A DNA stretch of 64,000 nt from Octopus vulgaris (Eukaryota). The notes under the pieces were generated by a model. It saw only the letters and a list, made by a program, of their open reading frames with translations. It ran no database searches and had not been told where the DNA came from. Shown here piece after piece: positions 12,327 through 26,220 of the stretch. Both the position numbers and the translations under genes were made by a program. The first letter of the stretch is position 1, and each line of letters begins with the position of its first letter. The DNA lies in NCBI GenBank assembly GCA_951406725.2, contig OX597821.1:98332001-98396000 (forward strand), written 5' to 3'.

Positions 12327-14820
12327 CAGCGGTTCTCAAATTGGGGTTCACAAAGTGATTTTAGGACGACCGGGAAGGAACGCTGAATTGTCATGAAAAC
12401 AGGTGGCCTGAGACAGCTAAGTTTTAAAATTTCAAGACTTTCTCTTTTTGCATGCTATCATCCTTTCTTGCTGTTGACTTCAAAAACGCATGCCACTCAT
12501 ACGCACTCATTTGCTAATCACACTTGTTGTACAAGTGTGACTGGCCGATGGAAAATATGCAGCTATAATGGTTGATCATGCATGTGCTGTCGGTATTCTA
12601 TGCTCACATGATTCACCACTCCACTCATTGGTGCATGTTCCTGCATGACTTTGCCCTTTGCCAGACACCCATTCTCATCCCACATGATGGCTGGGCTTTA
12701 TAAGGCATGGTTGTTTTTCATGGCAACGAGTTCTGACAGAACTGTCTTTTTGATGGTTATCACTTCACAGACAATAACAATGCTCATATGCACTTTGGAT
12801 TTCTTCTACAATTAATAGTGAGAGGCAAGCTTTATTGTTAATTAGTGCACCTCATGGTAAATGACAAATGCAAAATAAATATAAAATGTGGTTATATTAA
12901 ATTGATTTGCTGAATTTTATGTTTTTTATAATGCCTCCAAAAATGAAAAGAAAATATGACAAATCTTATTTGAAATTCAGTTTTACTGTAATAAAGTATG
13001 ACGGAGAAGGAAAGCACAGCGTATTCTGTGCTCCGAGATTTTGGTGTCTACTTCACTAAAGCCCAGCGAGTTAAAGAGGCTCTTCGAAAACAAAGCAGCC
13101 TGAATCAATAAACAGAAATGTCAACTTCTTCAGACATGAAACCGACAGATGGACAAAGTCCAAACTTGATGACACAGGAATGTTTGTTGCTGGACATTAC
13201 AGCTGGTTTAAAAGCATCCTATGAGATTTCAAAGAAAATAGATGTTGCCAAAAAGCCCCACAATACCGGTGAGGAGTTGGTATTGTCTTGCTGCAAAGAT
13301 ATATCTAATGTGCTAGGAAGTTCAGAATTTCAAAAGCTGAAGCATGTCTCCCTCCCAAACAATACTGTTAGCAGATGAATAACTAAGCCATCTGATAAAC
13401 ACTCTGTCGCAGTTGATCTCTAAGATTCACAATTCGCTTCTTAACTTTTTCATGATCCTACTTGGGGAAACAACAGATGTTTCCAACTTAAGCCAACTTT
13501 GCATCTTTGTACGTTAACCATCATCTGGAGGACGAGTTCCTATTTTGCGGACCCCTTAGCACCAAAACAACTGCAAGGGAAATATCTAACAAAGAGGACA
13601 AATTTTTTGAGACACATAATATCAACTGAGAGCATGTCATTGGTGTGTGCACCGATGGTGCTCTGGCAATGCTTGGTTGCCATTCCGGTTTTCAGGCTTT
13701 GGTGAAAGAAAAATCTCCAAGTGCTATTGGTACACACTGCATAATTTACTGACAAACACTAATGGTGAAAACCATGTCTGGTGAGTTAAAAAAACGTTCT
13801 GAATTACATGTTTACAGTGGTGAACTTCATCAAAGCGAACATACTCTACTTGTGTCTGTTTGCTGAGTTGTGCGAAGAAAGTGATTCTGAATTTGAAACG
13901 TTTCTATAGCACTTGAGAGGAAAAATAATGAAGAGGGTCTTCCTTCAGGGAAAAGAAGTCCACTATATTTTACAAGATATCAATTGAGATTTGCACACCA
14001 GATTCTCTGATGTTCATTTTCTGAACTGCTTGGCACTTTTGGTAGTCATATTCAAGTCAGTAAATGCCATCAATCTTTCACTGTAAAGGAAAGATATAAT
14101 CATGCTTCATTTCTCATAAAAAACTGTTTTCAAAATGAAGCTTGAACTTTGGCACTCCCAGTTGGATAGAAAGAACTTTGCATCTTTTCCTCAACTAAAC
14201 ATGTTTATTGATGAAAACGAGCTTCAAGTCAATGACGATATCATTGATCTCATGAAATATGTCAATACTTGGCAGAGAAATATTCTCTTTATTTTCCTGA
14301 TTTTCATGACTTTGACAATTACTTCCACTTTATCAGGAACCCCTTTGTACTCTGTTAGTGATCTGCCAACAGAAGACAATTCAAGAGCAGTCCATTGATT
14401 TAATCAATGATCGAGGTACAAAATATTTTATCCATGAAATGTGCTGTTCTGACTTTTGGATTGAAATGGCACAGTACTTTTCAGTGTATGATCTATGGTT
14501 TCTTTCTACCAAATGGGCATAAATGGGTCTTACGCAGTTGTTCATATTGGATGCTGGGAATATTTTCAGACTGTTTTCATTTCTCATCTGTTTTGTAACA
14601 AATTGATCAACTGATTCCCCATATTTTCATGTCTATGTATTGTATCCCAATGGTGTATTGTGTGGAATGGGCAGCGCAGTTCATAGTCTGCAAATTACTA
14701 TACACAAATGTATGTCATTTTTTCCATGTTAATTATCCTGCATTTAGTAAGGACCACGAATCAACAAAAAAACTAAAGGGACTAGCATATAAAATTTTTT
14801 GGAAAATTTGAGAACCACTA
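12327..14820 (+). mobile_element. Full-length decayed hAT transposon, Buster/Charlie (ZBED8/SCAND3-like) family
   Basis: TIRs CAGCGGTTCTCAAATT (12327) and AATTTGAGAACCACTA (ending 14820). Perfect 8-bp TSD CATTAGAA at 12319-12326 and 14821-14828 with the Buster central TA. Confidence 0.9.
12931..14480 (+). pseudogene. Buster-type transposase pseudogene
   Basis: Starts MPPKMKRKYDKSYLKFSFT. Later blocks: LKASYEISKKIDVAKKPHNTGEELV..LPNNTVSR, VCTDGALAMLG, AIGTHCIIY, MKLELWHSQLDRKNFASFPQL. Multiple stops and frameshifts. Confidence 0.85.
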
Positions 14821-16321
14821 CATTAGAAAGATAAAGGTCCTTTTGTTGAAACAAGTTTATCATAATTATTATTATTATTATTATTATAAATTACTAATAA
14901 GTGCTATATAGTACACATGTTAATGAATGAAGAAAAAATACCAAAAGGAGAGTAGATTTCTATGAATAATATAATTAATGGAAAATTTAGTGCACACTAA
15001 TTATAGGCTTCATGAGAAAATATACAATTAAGCACTTGTGGATTAATTGTAATTAACCCTATATTGCAAGAAGAACAAAAAATATTTAAAGAAACACCCA
15101 AAGTAACACAAAGATCTGAACCTCGTAATCAAACTTTAAATTTGAAAAAATTCAAATGGAAAGAAATTAGCAGCTTGTAAATTTATAAATGAGCAACAGG
15201 TGTGAGGAAATTTTAGGAGGGGCATGTTGATGATAATTAATTAAACCAGAATCGAGCTGAACTGGCCAATATAATTTGTATGATTATGCATCATTAGTAA
15301 CATGATTAATTAAATACACAAACTGTGTACTTTGGGTAATATAAGATTTATACCCAGAATTTCAAATTATAAACCTTGTCATGAAATGTAAACAAATGTT
15401 TGTTTGAGGGCAACAAAAATAGCGGCATTGTCCTGACTGGTTTCATCTCTGGAGATTCACTGGAAGACAAGTAAATGCTTACAAGCCAAAAGCTGTTAAT
15501 CACTCTCTGGTGAGAAAATGAGGGTACAAGTTCTTCAATTAATCTCCAAAAGAGATGTAACTTGTCAGGACAAATCTAATATTTTCTCACCCACAAAAAA
15601 AAAAAAAAAATCAATAGGTTTACATATTTCATTGAAGTTTATTACTTTAAACAAAAATATATAGCGTGGTATATCAGTATGTTTGCACAAAAAATGCTAG
15701 TAATTTTTTGTCTCTTCTTTGAATGGGTGGAAAATTTTTATAACAATATAAAATAAGGAACAATATTTCATCTCATTTCAAGGACTCCTAGACCTAGAAA
15801 TGCAGTTGAAACATTTTTGCATCACAAATTGATTTTGCAAAAACTGTGAAATAGGTATACAGATAAACTGACTTTGAATTTAAACATTATATAGAATGTT
15901 AAAAACCATTAGTCATAAAAGAGATTATGAATGTTAAACCATAAGTCACTCTTCCTTATCATAACAAGCATTATTACATTCCCAAAGACTGAGCCTTTAG
16001 ATTCGTTTTTGTCACAGTCCATGTATTAAGATTTGTTATATCTAAAATATAAAAAAAAAATACAACGAAAAAGGAGCAAATGAAAGGTACCAAAAGTCAC
16101 AACCAACCGACTACGTAATGTTTAAAGTTCAGACACCACCACCTCCATCACAATTTTATGATTGCAAGATCAAATATCCTAACCTATTTCTTTACTACCC
16201 ACAAGGGGCTAAACACAGAGGGGACAAACAAGGACAGACAAATGGATTAAGTTGATTATATCAACCCCAGTGTGTAACTGGTACTTAATTTATCGACCCC
16301 GAAAGGATGAAAGGCAAAGCC

Positions 16322-16589
16322 GAACCGCTAAGTGACGGGAACATAAACACACCAGCATCGGTTGTCAAGCAATGCTAGGGGGTCAAACACAGACACACAC
16401 ATATACATATATATATACATATATACGACGAGCTTCTTTCAGTTTCCGTCTACCAAATCCACTCACAAGGCTTTGGTCGGCCCGAGGCTATAGTAGAAGA
16501 CACTTGCCCAAGGTACCACACAGTGGGACTGAACCCGGAACCATGTGGTTGGTAAACAAGCTACTTACCACACAGCCACTCCAGCGCCT
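16322..16589 (-). mobile_element. SINE family A, partial, joined to a family B fragment (16183-16320)
   Basis: Reverse complement of the element at 35479. Confidence 0.75.
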
Positions 16590-17789
16590 ATTTGCAATCT
16601 TTCATGAAAATACACTCTGCCATTGTGTTGTATCATACATTTGAACAAGACCTAACAGAGTGGGTTTTTTTTTTATGTTACTTAACCAGAAGAGGAAGAG
16701 TAGTTTCCCTGATCCTCATCAAAATCTTTGAGATTGATAGGGGAAAGGAGGAAGTCATCTGCAAACTTGAGACCTAACCTGAATGTTATTAAGTCTACCA
16801 CTTCAGAACAGGAACAGTCTCTCTGATAGATTTCTGTATTGTTTTCACTCATGAGGCTTTGATAGACTAGAGACTATGGTAAAAGATTCTTGACTAAGGA
16901 GCTATGCACTGATTTGAAACCTGAAATAACATGTTTACAAAGCAAACCTCTTAATCACACAGTCATGGAAACAGCATGCAATCATAAAAAACAAAAAAAA
17001 AACAAAAAAAAAACCAGCTACAACCATACGAGCTATCCCGACTGTGATAGTATGAGAAAACGTCATCACCACAACGTCACTGTTTTAATGCCCACTTTTC
17101 CATGCTTGCCTCAGTCAGACAAAATTCATTCAGGTAGATTTTCTATTAACAAATACTCTTCTTTTCACCAGACTTAACCTGTTTCCAATCTAATTAATAT
17201 TTCCCTACATCCTTCAGACACAACCAGCACAATGACGCAACAGATTTTCGTGAGAGATTACAACTGGACAACGACACTTGAATAACAGTGACATTTATTC
17301 ACAATTAGCACGTAGAGACACAAACAACAAATGCACTCTCTATCTCTGTGTCTCTTTCTCTCTCTCACACACATATTAATAGTGAAAGCACGTGGCATAG
17401 TGATTAGGCTTGCAATCAATAAAATCCTAAGTTTGGTTCCTAGACTGGGTGGCATGTCGTGTCCTTGAACAAGCTACATAATTTCACATTGCACCAGTTT
17501 ACTCTGCTGGAAATGAGTAGTAGCAGGCTGCAGTTGTCATATCTGCTTTGATAGGTCAAGAATGGGAGGGCTGAGAAAATGTTTGTCTGCTTCTGACCAG
17601 GCAGGCACTGAAAACAATTAGTACAAGTGTGGTACTAGCTGTCAGGGACATACTTACTGTTAAGCACCCCCACACAAACCAACTCACAAGGCTTTGGTCA
17701 ACCTATCGCTATAGTGGAAGACACTAAGCCCAAGGAGCTCCATTGTGGGACTGAACCTGAAACTACTAGATTGTGAAGTGAACCTCTTA

Positions 17790-18023
17790 CCTATTTCTTT
17801 ACTTCCCACAAGGGGCTAAACATAGAGAGGACAAACAAGGACAGACTAAGAGATTAAGTTGATTATATCGACCCCAGTGCGTAACTGGTACTTATTTAAT
17901 AGACCCCGAAAGGATGAAAGGCAAAGTCGACCTCGGCAGAATTTGAACTCAGAACGTAGTGGCAGACAAAATACTGCTAAGAATTTCGCCCGGCATGCTA
18001 ACATTTCTGCCAGCTCGCCGCCT
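17790..18023 (-). mobile_element. SINE family B
   Basis: Same sequence as 27449-27676, inserted into an older family A remnant. Confidence 0.75.
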
Positions 18024-19530
18024 TACCTCTTACCGAACCTAAAACTACTTGGTTGTGGAGTAAGCCTCTTATCCACACAGCCATGCCTGTTTACAAAGGA
18101 AGCACAGTTACCTAGTAGATAAAAACAATTACTAAATTTGTACAAATTATCCCCAACCATGCTAACATGAGAAAGCATAGATGTAAAACTTTTTTTTTTT
18201 TTTTTGACCAAGTGTCCCCAATATCCATTGATAGATACTTCTAATCATGCAATGTTTAGCAACTATACTTATAATCTGACAACAGATGCATAATATATAC
18301 AGTAGGGCACACAGCTAATCTATGTATACACTGAATGTGTATAGCACAGTGACAAAGTAGGGCACACCGTTAATTTATATAAAACAATCTGCTTCAAAGA
18401 GCAATTTGTGATAATTAAGATAAAAAAAATTTCAGTTTCTGACTGGTGGAATCCATGACCTCATCTCATTACTGTAATGAACAAAGTGAGACCAACGTAT
18501 AATTAGTGACTGGCGAAGGAAATATTTATTTCAGACTAATTTACTCATTATTTTTGTTTTTAGAAAAATGTTACAAGCAGTTTGGCCTCTATTTGTTATC
18601 AGGTGCTAAATTTACTTTACACATACATCATCATCATCACTTAATGTCTACTTTTGCATACTTGCATGGATCAAACAGAATTTGTTGAGGTAAATTTTCT
18701 ATAGCTGGATGCCCTTCCTGTTATCAACTTTCACTTGTTTACGAGCATGGTAAAATTTCCCATGGCCAGATATGTTTTTCACAGAAGGCTGGAAATGAAC
18801 AACACATGATGGAGACGCTCATCTACAACCATCATGTGATGTCAGAAGGAAGGTACGCACAAGTACTCACACACGCACACACACAAACACACACAAACAA
18901 ACACACACACACAAGGGGTGGTCTGCAAGAGTCCTGTACCGATGCCATGTAAAAGTGCTTGTGCTGGTGTCACATTAACCCTTTCATTACTGTATTTATT
19001 TTGAGATGCTCAGTGTTTCTTTCAATTACTTTAAATATAACAAAGAATTTAATAAAATAGCTTAGTTATCATTCAGCTAGTGTTAGGAACATAAATTGTG
19101 ACAAAGGTTTGGTGGAAGATTTTAATTCAAAACTTATGTAAACAAGACATTTTTACACAGAGCCAGAGCCGGTTTTGGCCGGGTTAGTAACGAAAGGGTT
19201 AAAGGCACACACTGTAAAATGGTTGGCATTAGGAAGGCAGCATCTAGCCAGAGAAACCAAGCCAAATCAGACTGGAACTTGATGTAGCTCTTCCTGCTTG
19301 CCAGCACTGGTCAAACCATCCAAGCCATACCAGCATGCAAAATGAACATTAAACGCTGATCACACACACACACACACACACAAAGCTTCTTTCAGTTTCT
19401 GCTTACCAAATACACTCTCAAGGCTTTGGTTAACCTAGAGCTACAGTAGAAGACTTGTCCAAGACATTATACAGTGAGGCTAAAACTAAGACCACATAGG
19501 AAACAAGCTTCTTAACTCCTCCCTCTCATT

Positions 19531-19575
<45 letters not shown>

Positions 19576-22500
19576 CCACATGTTAGAAGAATAAAAAAAA
19601 TAATTGTTTTTATTCTTTATGTTTGTGTGTTTATGTCAAGTTACAATAAAACAGTTTAATATTAAACTGAAGGATTAGTCACCGATTTTAGTAGAGCTCA
19701 TATTATACTTTCACCCCTCTTCGTTTAAGAGTATAGGAGTGCATGTCTATGCATGCTGGCATGTGTGTATATAAGACCTCATAAATGGATGTCTAGAACA
19801 TATGTACAAGCGTGTTCAGGCTAGGACTGAACTTCAGAAACATTTTTTTTATATGCATCTCAGTGATATAATAGATAAGAATGTTACAAAACTTAATATT
19901 CCTGACTCTTTAATCTAATTTGGAGTTTCATGTGACTGCAGCCATCAACCACCACCAAACAAGACACAAAATAATAAGTCTTTATGCAGGTGTTCAACTT
20001 GCTAAAAGTAGCAGCCAAATTTCCCTCAAATCATACATCATCTTAATAAGAATACACTGCACGATGTAGTCCCTAACATATACACAAAAAGATGGGATGA
20101 CCAAGGTTGGAACACTGTTTGATGCAGGTCAACCAAGGGTTAAACAACAACATACCTATTGGATCAATGATAAAGGAGCTAAAAATAGCAAACCCCGTCT
20201 CCTTCAAATGATCCCCCCACCCAACTTACCAGTAATGCGCCACTCATGTCTTTATTCAAATTTGTTAAGTACTCACATTTATAACATCAATTAAATTCAG
20301 ACATTTCCCAACCATAAATCTACAGAGGACCAGTACTCATATCGTATTAAGAAAGCACTTAGCATTGGATTATTACAAAGAAGTGTTCCTATGAAAAGAA
20401 TTTAACTGGACGCTTCAAGCCAAGGAAGTGCAATGCATTGCTAGAATGGCTTACGGCAGTGAGTCATACCGCCAGAACTCACCTCTTCACAGACACAAGA
20501 TAGCGTTGGCAACAGGATATAGTAAACAACTTGCAGTTAGTTTTCCAATATCTGAACTGAATTCCCAACCAAGATATCCGATCTCACATAAACATTAATA
20601 GGCATGAGCAAGAGCCAGAGTGACAGTGAAATTTAACAACCTTAACCCTTTAGCATTTAAGCCAGCCATATCAGGCACCAAATATTCTCCCTGCTTTATG
20701 TTCAAACTAACCAGATCCAGCTTTTCATACCTACCCTAGAATGTCATTCGAAAAGTAAACAATAAAATCATCGAAATCTCAAAGTTACAAGGATAAAGCA
20801 GGATTAATTCAAAACATCATCATCATCGTTTAACGTCCGTTTTCCATGCTAGCATGGGTTGGACGGTTTGACCGGGAATCTGGGAAGCCAGAAGGCTGCA
20901 CCAGGCTCCAGTCTTATCTGGCAGTGTTTCTACAGCTGGATGCCCTTCCTAACGCCAACCACTCCGTGAGTGTAGTGGATGCTTTTTACGTGCCACCTGC
21001 ACAGGTGCCAGGCGAGGCTGGCAACGGCCACGGTCGGATTGGTGCATTTTACGTGCCACCGGCACGGAAGCCAGTCGAGGCAGCACTAGCATCGGCCACG
21101 ATTCGGATGGTGCTTTTTACATGCCACCGGCACGGAAGCCAGTCAAAACAATGTGAATAAATAAGCATTACATTTGACAGCAATCTGAACGTTAAAGGGT
21201 TAAAGTCTCAAATGAGATCACTTATGTAAGTTACCAGGCTTTCAGTGGAATGATATGCTCTGAGTAGAAAGATCCATCTTGAAAGGTCAATGCTCCTCAG
21301 CTGCAACGTCAATGTTTTAGTCAGAAAGGGAGGCAATGCCCATGACCTTTTACAGGACATCCAAGACTGGGAAGGAGGGTCTTCAAACCAGAAACCTACC
21401 TCAAATACTTGCAACAGAGTGAGGCCTTCTAATGGCACTCAGGGTATTTAACCCTTTCATTACCATATTTATTTTGAGATGCTCTGTGTTTCTCTCAATC
21501 ATCATCATCATCATAATTTAACGTCCGCTTTCCATGCTAGCATGGGTTGGACGGTTCAACTGGAGTCTGGGGAGCCCGAAGGCTGCACCAGGCCAGTCAG
21601 ATCTGGCAGTGATTCTACAGCTGGATGCCCTTCCTAACGCCAACCACTCCGAGAGTGTAGTGGGTGATTTTATGTGCCACCGACACAGGTGCCAGATGAG
21701 GCTGGCGAACGGCCATGCTCGGATGGTGTTTTTTATGTGCCACCAACACAGGTGCCAGACGAGGCTGGCAGACGGCCACGCTCGGATGGTGTTTTTATGT
21801 GCCACCGACACAGGTGCCAGATGAGACTGGCGAACGGCCACGATCAGATGGTGTTTGTTACGTGCCCACAGCACGGAGGCCAGTCGATGCGGTACTGGCT
21901 ACGGCCACGTTCGGATGGTTTTCTTGTGTGCCACCGGCACTGGTACCACAAAGATACAAATTCCATTGATGTTCATCTATTTGATTTGTTTTGATTTTCA
22001 CTTGCCTCAACAGGTCTTCACAAGTGTCACAAGAAGGAAGGTATGCACAGGTGGACTGACTACGTCCCATGTAGGGGCCACGGGTTATGGCCTGACTAGT
22101 CTTGCCGGGTCTTTGGATGGTATTTTTATGTGTCACCGACACAGGTGCCAGATGGGGCTGGCAAACGGCCACGATTGGATGGTGTTTGTTACGTGCCCAC
22201 AGCACGGAGTCCAGTCGATGCGGTACTGGCTACGGCCACGTTCGGATGGTTTTCTTGTGTGCCACAAAGATACAAATTCCATTGATGCTCATCTATTTGA
22301 TTTGTTTTGATTTTCACTTGCCTCAACAGGTCTTCACAAGTGTCACAAGAAGGAAGGTATGCACAGGTGGACTGACTACGTCCCAGGTAATTTTAAATAT
22401 AACAAGGAATTTAGAAAAATAACTTAGTCACCATTAAGCTAGTGTTAGTAACATAAATTGTGACTAAGGTTTGGTGGAAAAATTTTAATTCAAAACTTAA

Positions 22501-23167
22501 GAAAAACAAGACATTTGTACTACAGAACCAGAGACGGTTTCGGCCGGGTTGGTAATGAAAGGGTTAAACTGGTCATATCCATCCCAAATATTCTACCTGT
22601 TTTATGTTCAAACCAGCCAGATTCAGCCTCTCACACCTACCTTACAATGTCATTCTAAAAATAAACAATGATATCACTGAAGTCTTGAAGCCATGAGACA
22701 ATGCATGGTTAATTCAAAACAATGTGAATAAATAAACATCACATTTGACTGAGTAATCTGAATGCTAACGGATTAAGCCTACTGCTCAAATAAGCCACAA
22801 TGGGATTTGAAATCAGAATGCAAAGGACCTTATTAAATACCACAAGGCATCCAGTCAAATTTTCTTATAGTTCCACTAATTCATTGCCCTGGATTGGTAC
22901 TTTTTTTCTTATTGACTCCAAATGATGAAGTCAAAGTAGATCTTTAATGTCCTTTGAATTCAGAATTAATAGAGTGGGAATAAATGTTGCATGAAGCAAA
23001 ATGAAAACATTTTCTCTGGATAGGACCCCAGTGTAGACAGGTAACATTCCCCAGATTATCTAGCACCTATTCTTACCAATAGATAAGTGAACTCAAGGTG
23101 ATATAGTTAAAAAACACTAGAACTAGAGATAAACTTCCTCCTCCCGCTCTTATACAAGACACGAGTA

Positions 23168-23208
<41 letters not shown>

Positions 23209-23270
23209 ATAAAACGGTAAGATAACAAAAGAAAGAAAGAGACCTCAATATTATGTAAATAGAGGAAATT

Positions 23271-23442
23271 TATACAATAATATGTTACATTACTCGGTAG
23301 TCAAGATAAAACTCTGAGTTTCAGATGCCGAAGTGGAAATCCACAACACCATCTCTTCGGTTATCTGGTGTTGTGGATTTCCACTTCGGCATCTGAAACT
23401 CAGAGTTTTATCTTGACTACCGAGTAATGTAACATATTATTG

Positions 23443-23446
<4 letters not shown>
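23271..23446. repeat. Perfect 81-bp inverted repeat within a (TA)n-embedded, probably Penelope-like element (~23205-23446)
   Basis: Arms 23271-23351 and 23366-23446 with a 14-nt spacer TCTCTTCGGTTATC. (TA)n lies on both sides of the element. Confidence 0.85.
23304..23366 (-). ncRNA. Variant minimal type I hammerhead-like motif
   Basis: Minus strand reads AGAUAA-CCGAAGA-GAUG...CAUC-U-GAA-ACUC-A-GAGU-U^UUAUCU. It has a 6-bp stem I, a stem II and a near-palindromic stem III. The core has U4C and an extra U before GAAA. Confidence 0.45.
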
Positions 23447-23489
<43 letters not shown>

Positions 23490-25319
23490 CCAGATAATCT
23501 GGTGCAACCTAATCCTACCAACATTACTGAGGTAATGTAGAATATAGAGTTCTGCATAAAAACAATGAAATGACAATGGTGAAGTCAAATACCTGGGGCC
23601 TGATAAAACACCTCATTGCTCTAATAATGACAACAAACCACAAATTAAGGTGGACATCACACCTAGCTTAGTTTGTTTCATTCATAAAGCCAGTTCCACA
23701 CCTATTTCACAGTTGAGTGGCTTGCAATAGGAAAGAGCACTCAACTGTGAAAACAACAAATTAACCCAAACAAACCAAAAGAGAACATCCCACCTATGTT
23801 ACCATGGAAACCATGTAACATTGAAATGAATAAATAAATAACTAGGATGTATATAATAGTTTTTTCAGGACACAATTACAGTGAGATAAAAGTTCTGAAT
23901 ATCTGCCCACATGATTTTAAAGTTCAAATACTACCATTACTGCATAAGGGCTTATTGTGTCCTAACCAATCCCCTAACTGCTTGACTGGTATGTACACAC
24001 ACATACACATACACACCCACAGAAAGAAAGAAAAAAAAACATCCTATTCCCTCTTCATAGTTGAGTGGTTCATAGTTAAATCGGTAGTAAGTTATTGACA
24101 TTGAATACACACACACAAGCAAGACTTAAGTTGATATACAGACACAAACACAACAGCTTACATCATATGTTATGTCAGCAAAGACATACATTAACTTTGA
24201 TTGCCTTTTGTTCAAACATTACCATATTCTATATGTAACAGTTTATATGTAACAGTTGTCTATTTAGCTCTTAACCAAGTCTGGTTGAGAACAGAATGCC
24301 TAATAAACAAAGACATCCAGACATTCTAACCACACCCATACCACCATTTCAGGCATTCTATGGCTATTTTGGTCAATGAAAAGGTTCTTTCATTTTTAAC
24401 CCTTTAGTGTTCAGATTACTCTGTTAAATGTAATGCTTTTTTATTTAAATTGTTTTAAATTAATCATGCATTATCTTATAGCTTTGAAGTTTCAATGATG
24501 TGATTGTTTATTTTTAGACTGTCAATGTCGGTTAGGTGTGAGAGGCTGGATATGGCCAGTTTGAATATAAAATATGTAGAATATATTGGGCCAGATTTGG
24601 CCAGTTTAAACACTAAAGGGTTAAAGATGATAGTGATTTAAAAGATATTTGGCTGTTATGACTAAAAGGTCAAATAACCACATGGAGGGCATCCAAAGCA
24701 TCCATGTTGCCATAGATATAAGAAGGCCTATTGAAAGTTTATGGAGGCTCAACAGAGGTTTCGACTCAAAAAAAGTCACAGGATCTTGTTTTTAATAATT
24801 CCCAATAAGTAATAAAGACTCAAATTGTGAAGTCAGTTATGTAATAACACGAAATTAGTTACCTGATGGTAAGAATTCAAATAAAGTAGCCCCAAAAAGA
24901 GCTTTAATACGTTCCCCGAGTATATAGAACTTAGCAGGAAATATTAATAAGATATGTATACTAAAATTGTGAAGCATGTTTACGTAATAACAGGCTTAAT
25001 AAGATATGAGATAATAACAATTCAAAGTAAATAACTCTGAAAAGGGCTTTTGTGCGTTCCCATAGAATATTATCCTCAGCAGCGTTAGTGTTGGTATATT
25101 CGTGAATAACTCACTAACCAAAATAAGTGGAGCTATTGTTTAGGAAAATACTATTTACTTGCTTAAGGGTTGTACTGGACAAATTGCGAAAATAACTCAA
25201 ATAGTTCAAATACTAAGAAATAAGCATACTCAATTTGTTTTATACCAAATGATTTAGGAAAATGAATGGGTTATTTTCCTTGGCTGTTAAAATGAAATAT
25301 ATTAGATGTATATAAGGAT

Positions 25320-25502
25320 CCCTTCCAGGGGCCCTATTATAAATTTTTTTTTTTAACAATCTGAGTATGCCATGAGGTTTCCAGACATAAGTTCTATTCA
25401 CATGTCAAGTTTCACCGAAATCGATAAAATGGTGTAGAAGGAGTTCGCTAACAACTCCTCAAACACACCCACATACAGAATTTCCCACATATGTAGTAGA
25501 TA
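25320..25502 (+). mobile_element. Possible non-autonomous Helitron/HINE-like 3' end
   Basis: AAGTTTCACCGAAATCG...GTGTAGAAGGAGTT-hairpin-AACTCCT...ACACAC...GTAGTAGAT layout resembles such elements. Resemblance only. Confidence 0.3.
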
Positions 25503-26019
25503 TATATATTGTTTATATATAACATAATACATACATATATAATTTCGCTGTGGTGACTTTAAATACATATATAATGTAGTGAGTTCAAATCCTGGACTGG
25601 GCTGTGTGTTGTGTTCTTGAGTAAGACATTTTATTTCACATTGCTCCAGTTGACTCCAATGTAGAAAGGTGTTGTGACATTACTGATGCCAAGCTGTATT
25701 GGCCTTTGCCTTTCTCTTGGATAATAAGATCAGTGGCATGGAGAGGGGAGGCTGACATGAATAGGTGACTGCTGGTCATCCATAAACAACCTTGCCTGGA
25801 CTTGTGCCTCGGAAAGGGAATTTTCTAGGTAGAATCCCATGGTCATTCATGACTGAAGGGGATCTTTATATAATGTATATCAACATTAACTGTGGCATAC
25901 TGGGCTTGATGAGTATCAATGATACACTTAACTTGGGCTCCACCATCTTGTAATTTTCACAGCATGACTGGGTATGATTTATATGTATATATTAGAGTGT
26001 CTTGTATGTGATGTGATGC

Positions 26020-26220
26020 TAGTGCTTTTCAAACTTTTTGCTGGAGCGGAACCCCAAGGAAACATTCCACTGGCTTGAGGAACCCCTGTGCAATAATTTA
26101 ATAGTCTTATGCACACATATCTGCACAGGAGAATTAAAAATTACTGCCGATTTTAGCAGTTTTGTAACTTCTTGCAGAACCCCAAGACTGTACTGGTGGA
26201 ACCCTGGTTGAAAACCACTG
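26020..26220. mobile_element. Non-autonomous Buster-type hAT MITE
   Basis: Near-identical to 30373-30572, with TIRs TAGTGCTTTTCAA / TTGAAAACCACTG. No TSD recognisable. Confidence 0.8.

Noticed and set aside
13118-14398. Domesticated ZBED8/SCAND3-like host gene
   Set aside because: Many stops and frameshifts, and it is enclosed by TIRs and a TSD, so it is a dead transposon.
21660-21900. CRISPR-like regularly spaced repeats
   Set aside because: These are tandem subrepeats inside a eukaryotic SINE, with no unique spacers and no cas genes.
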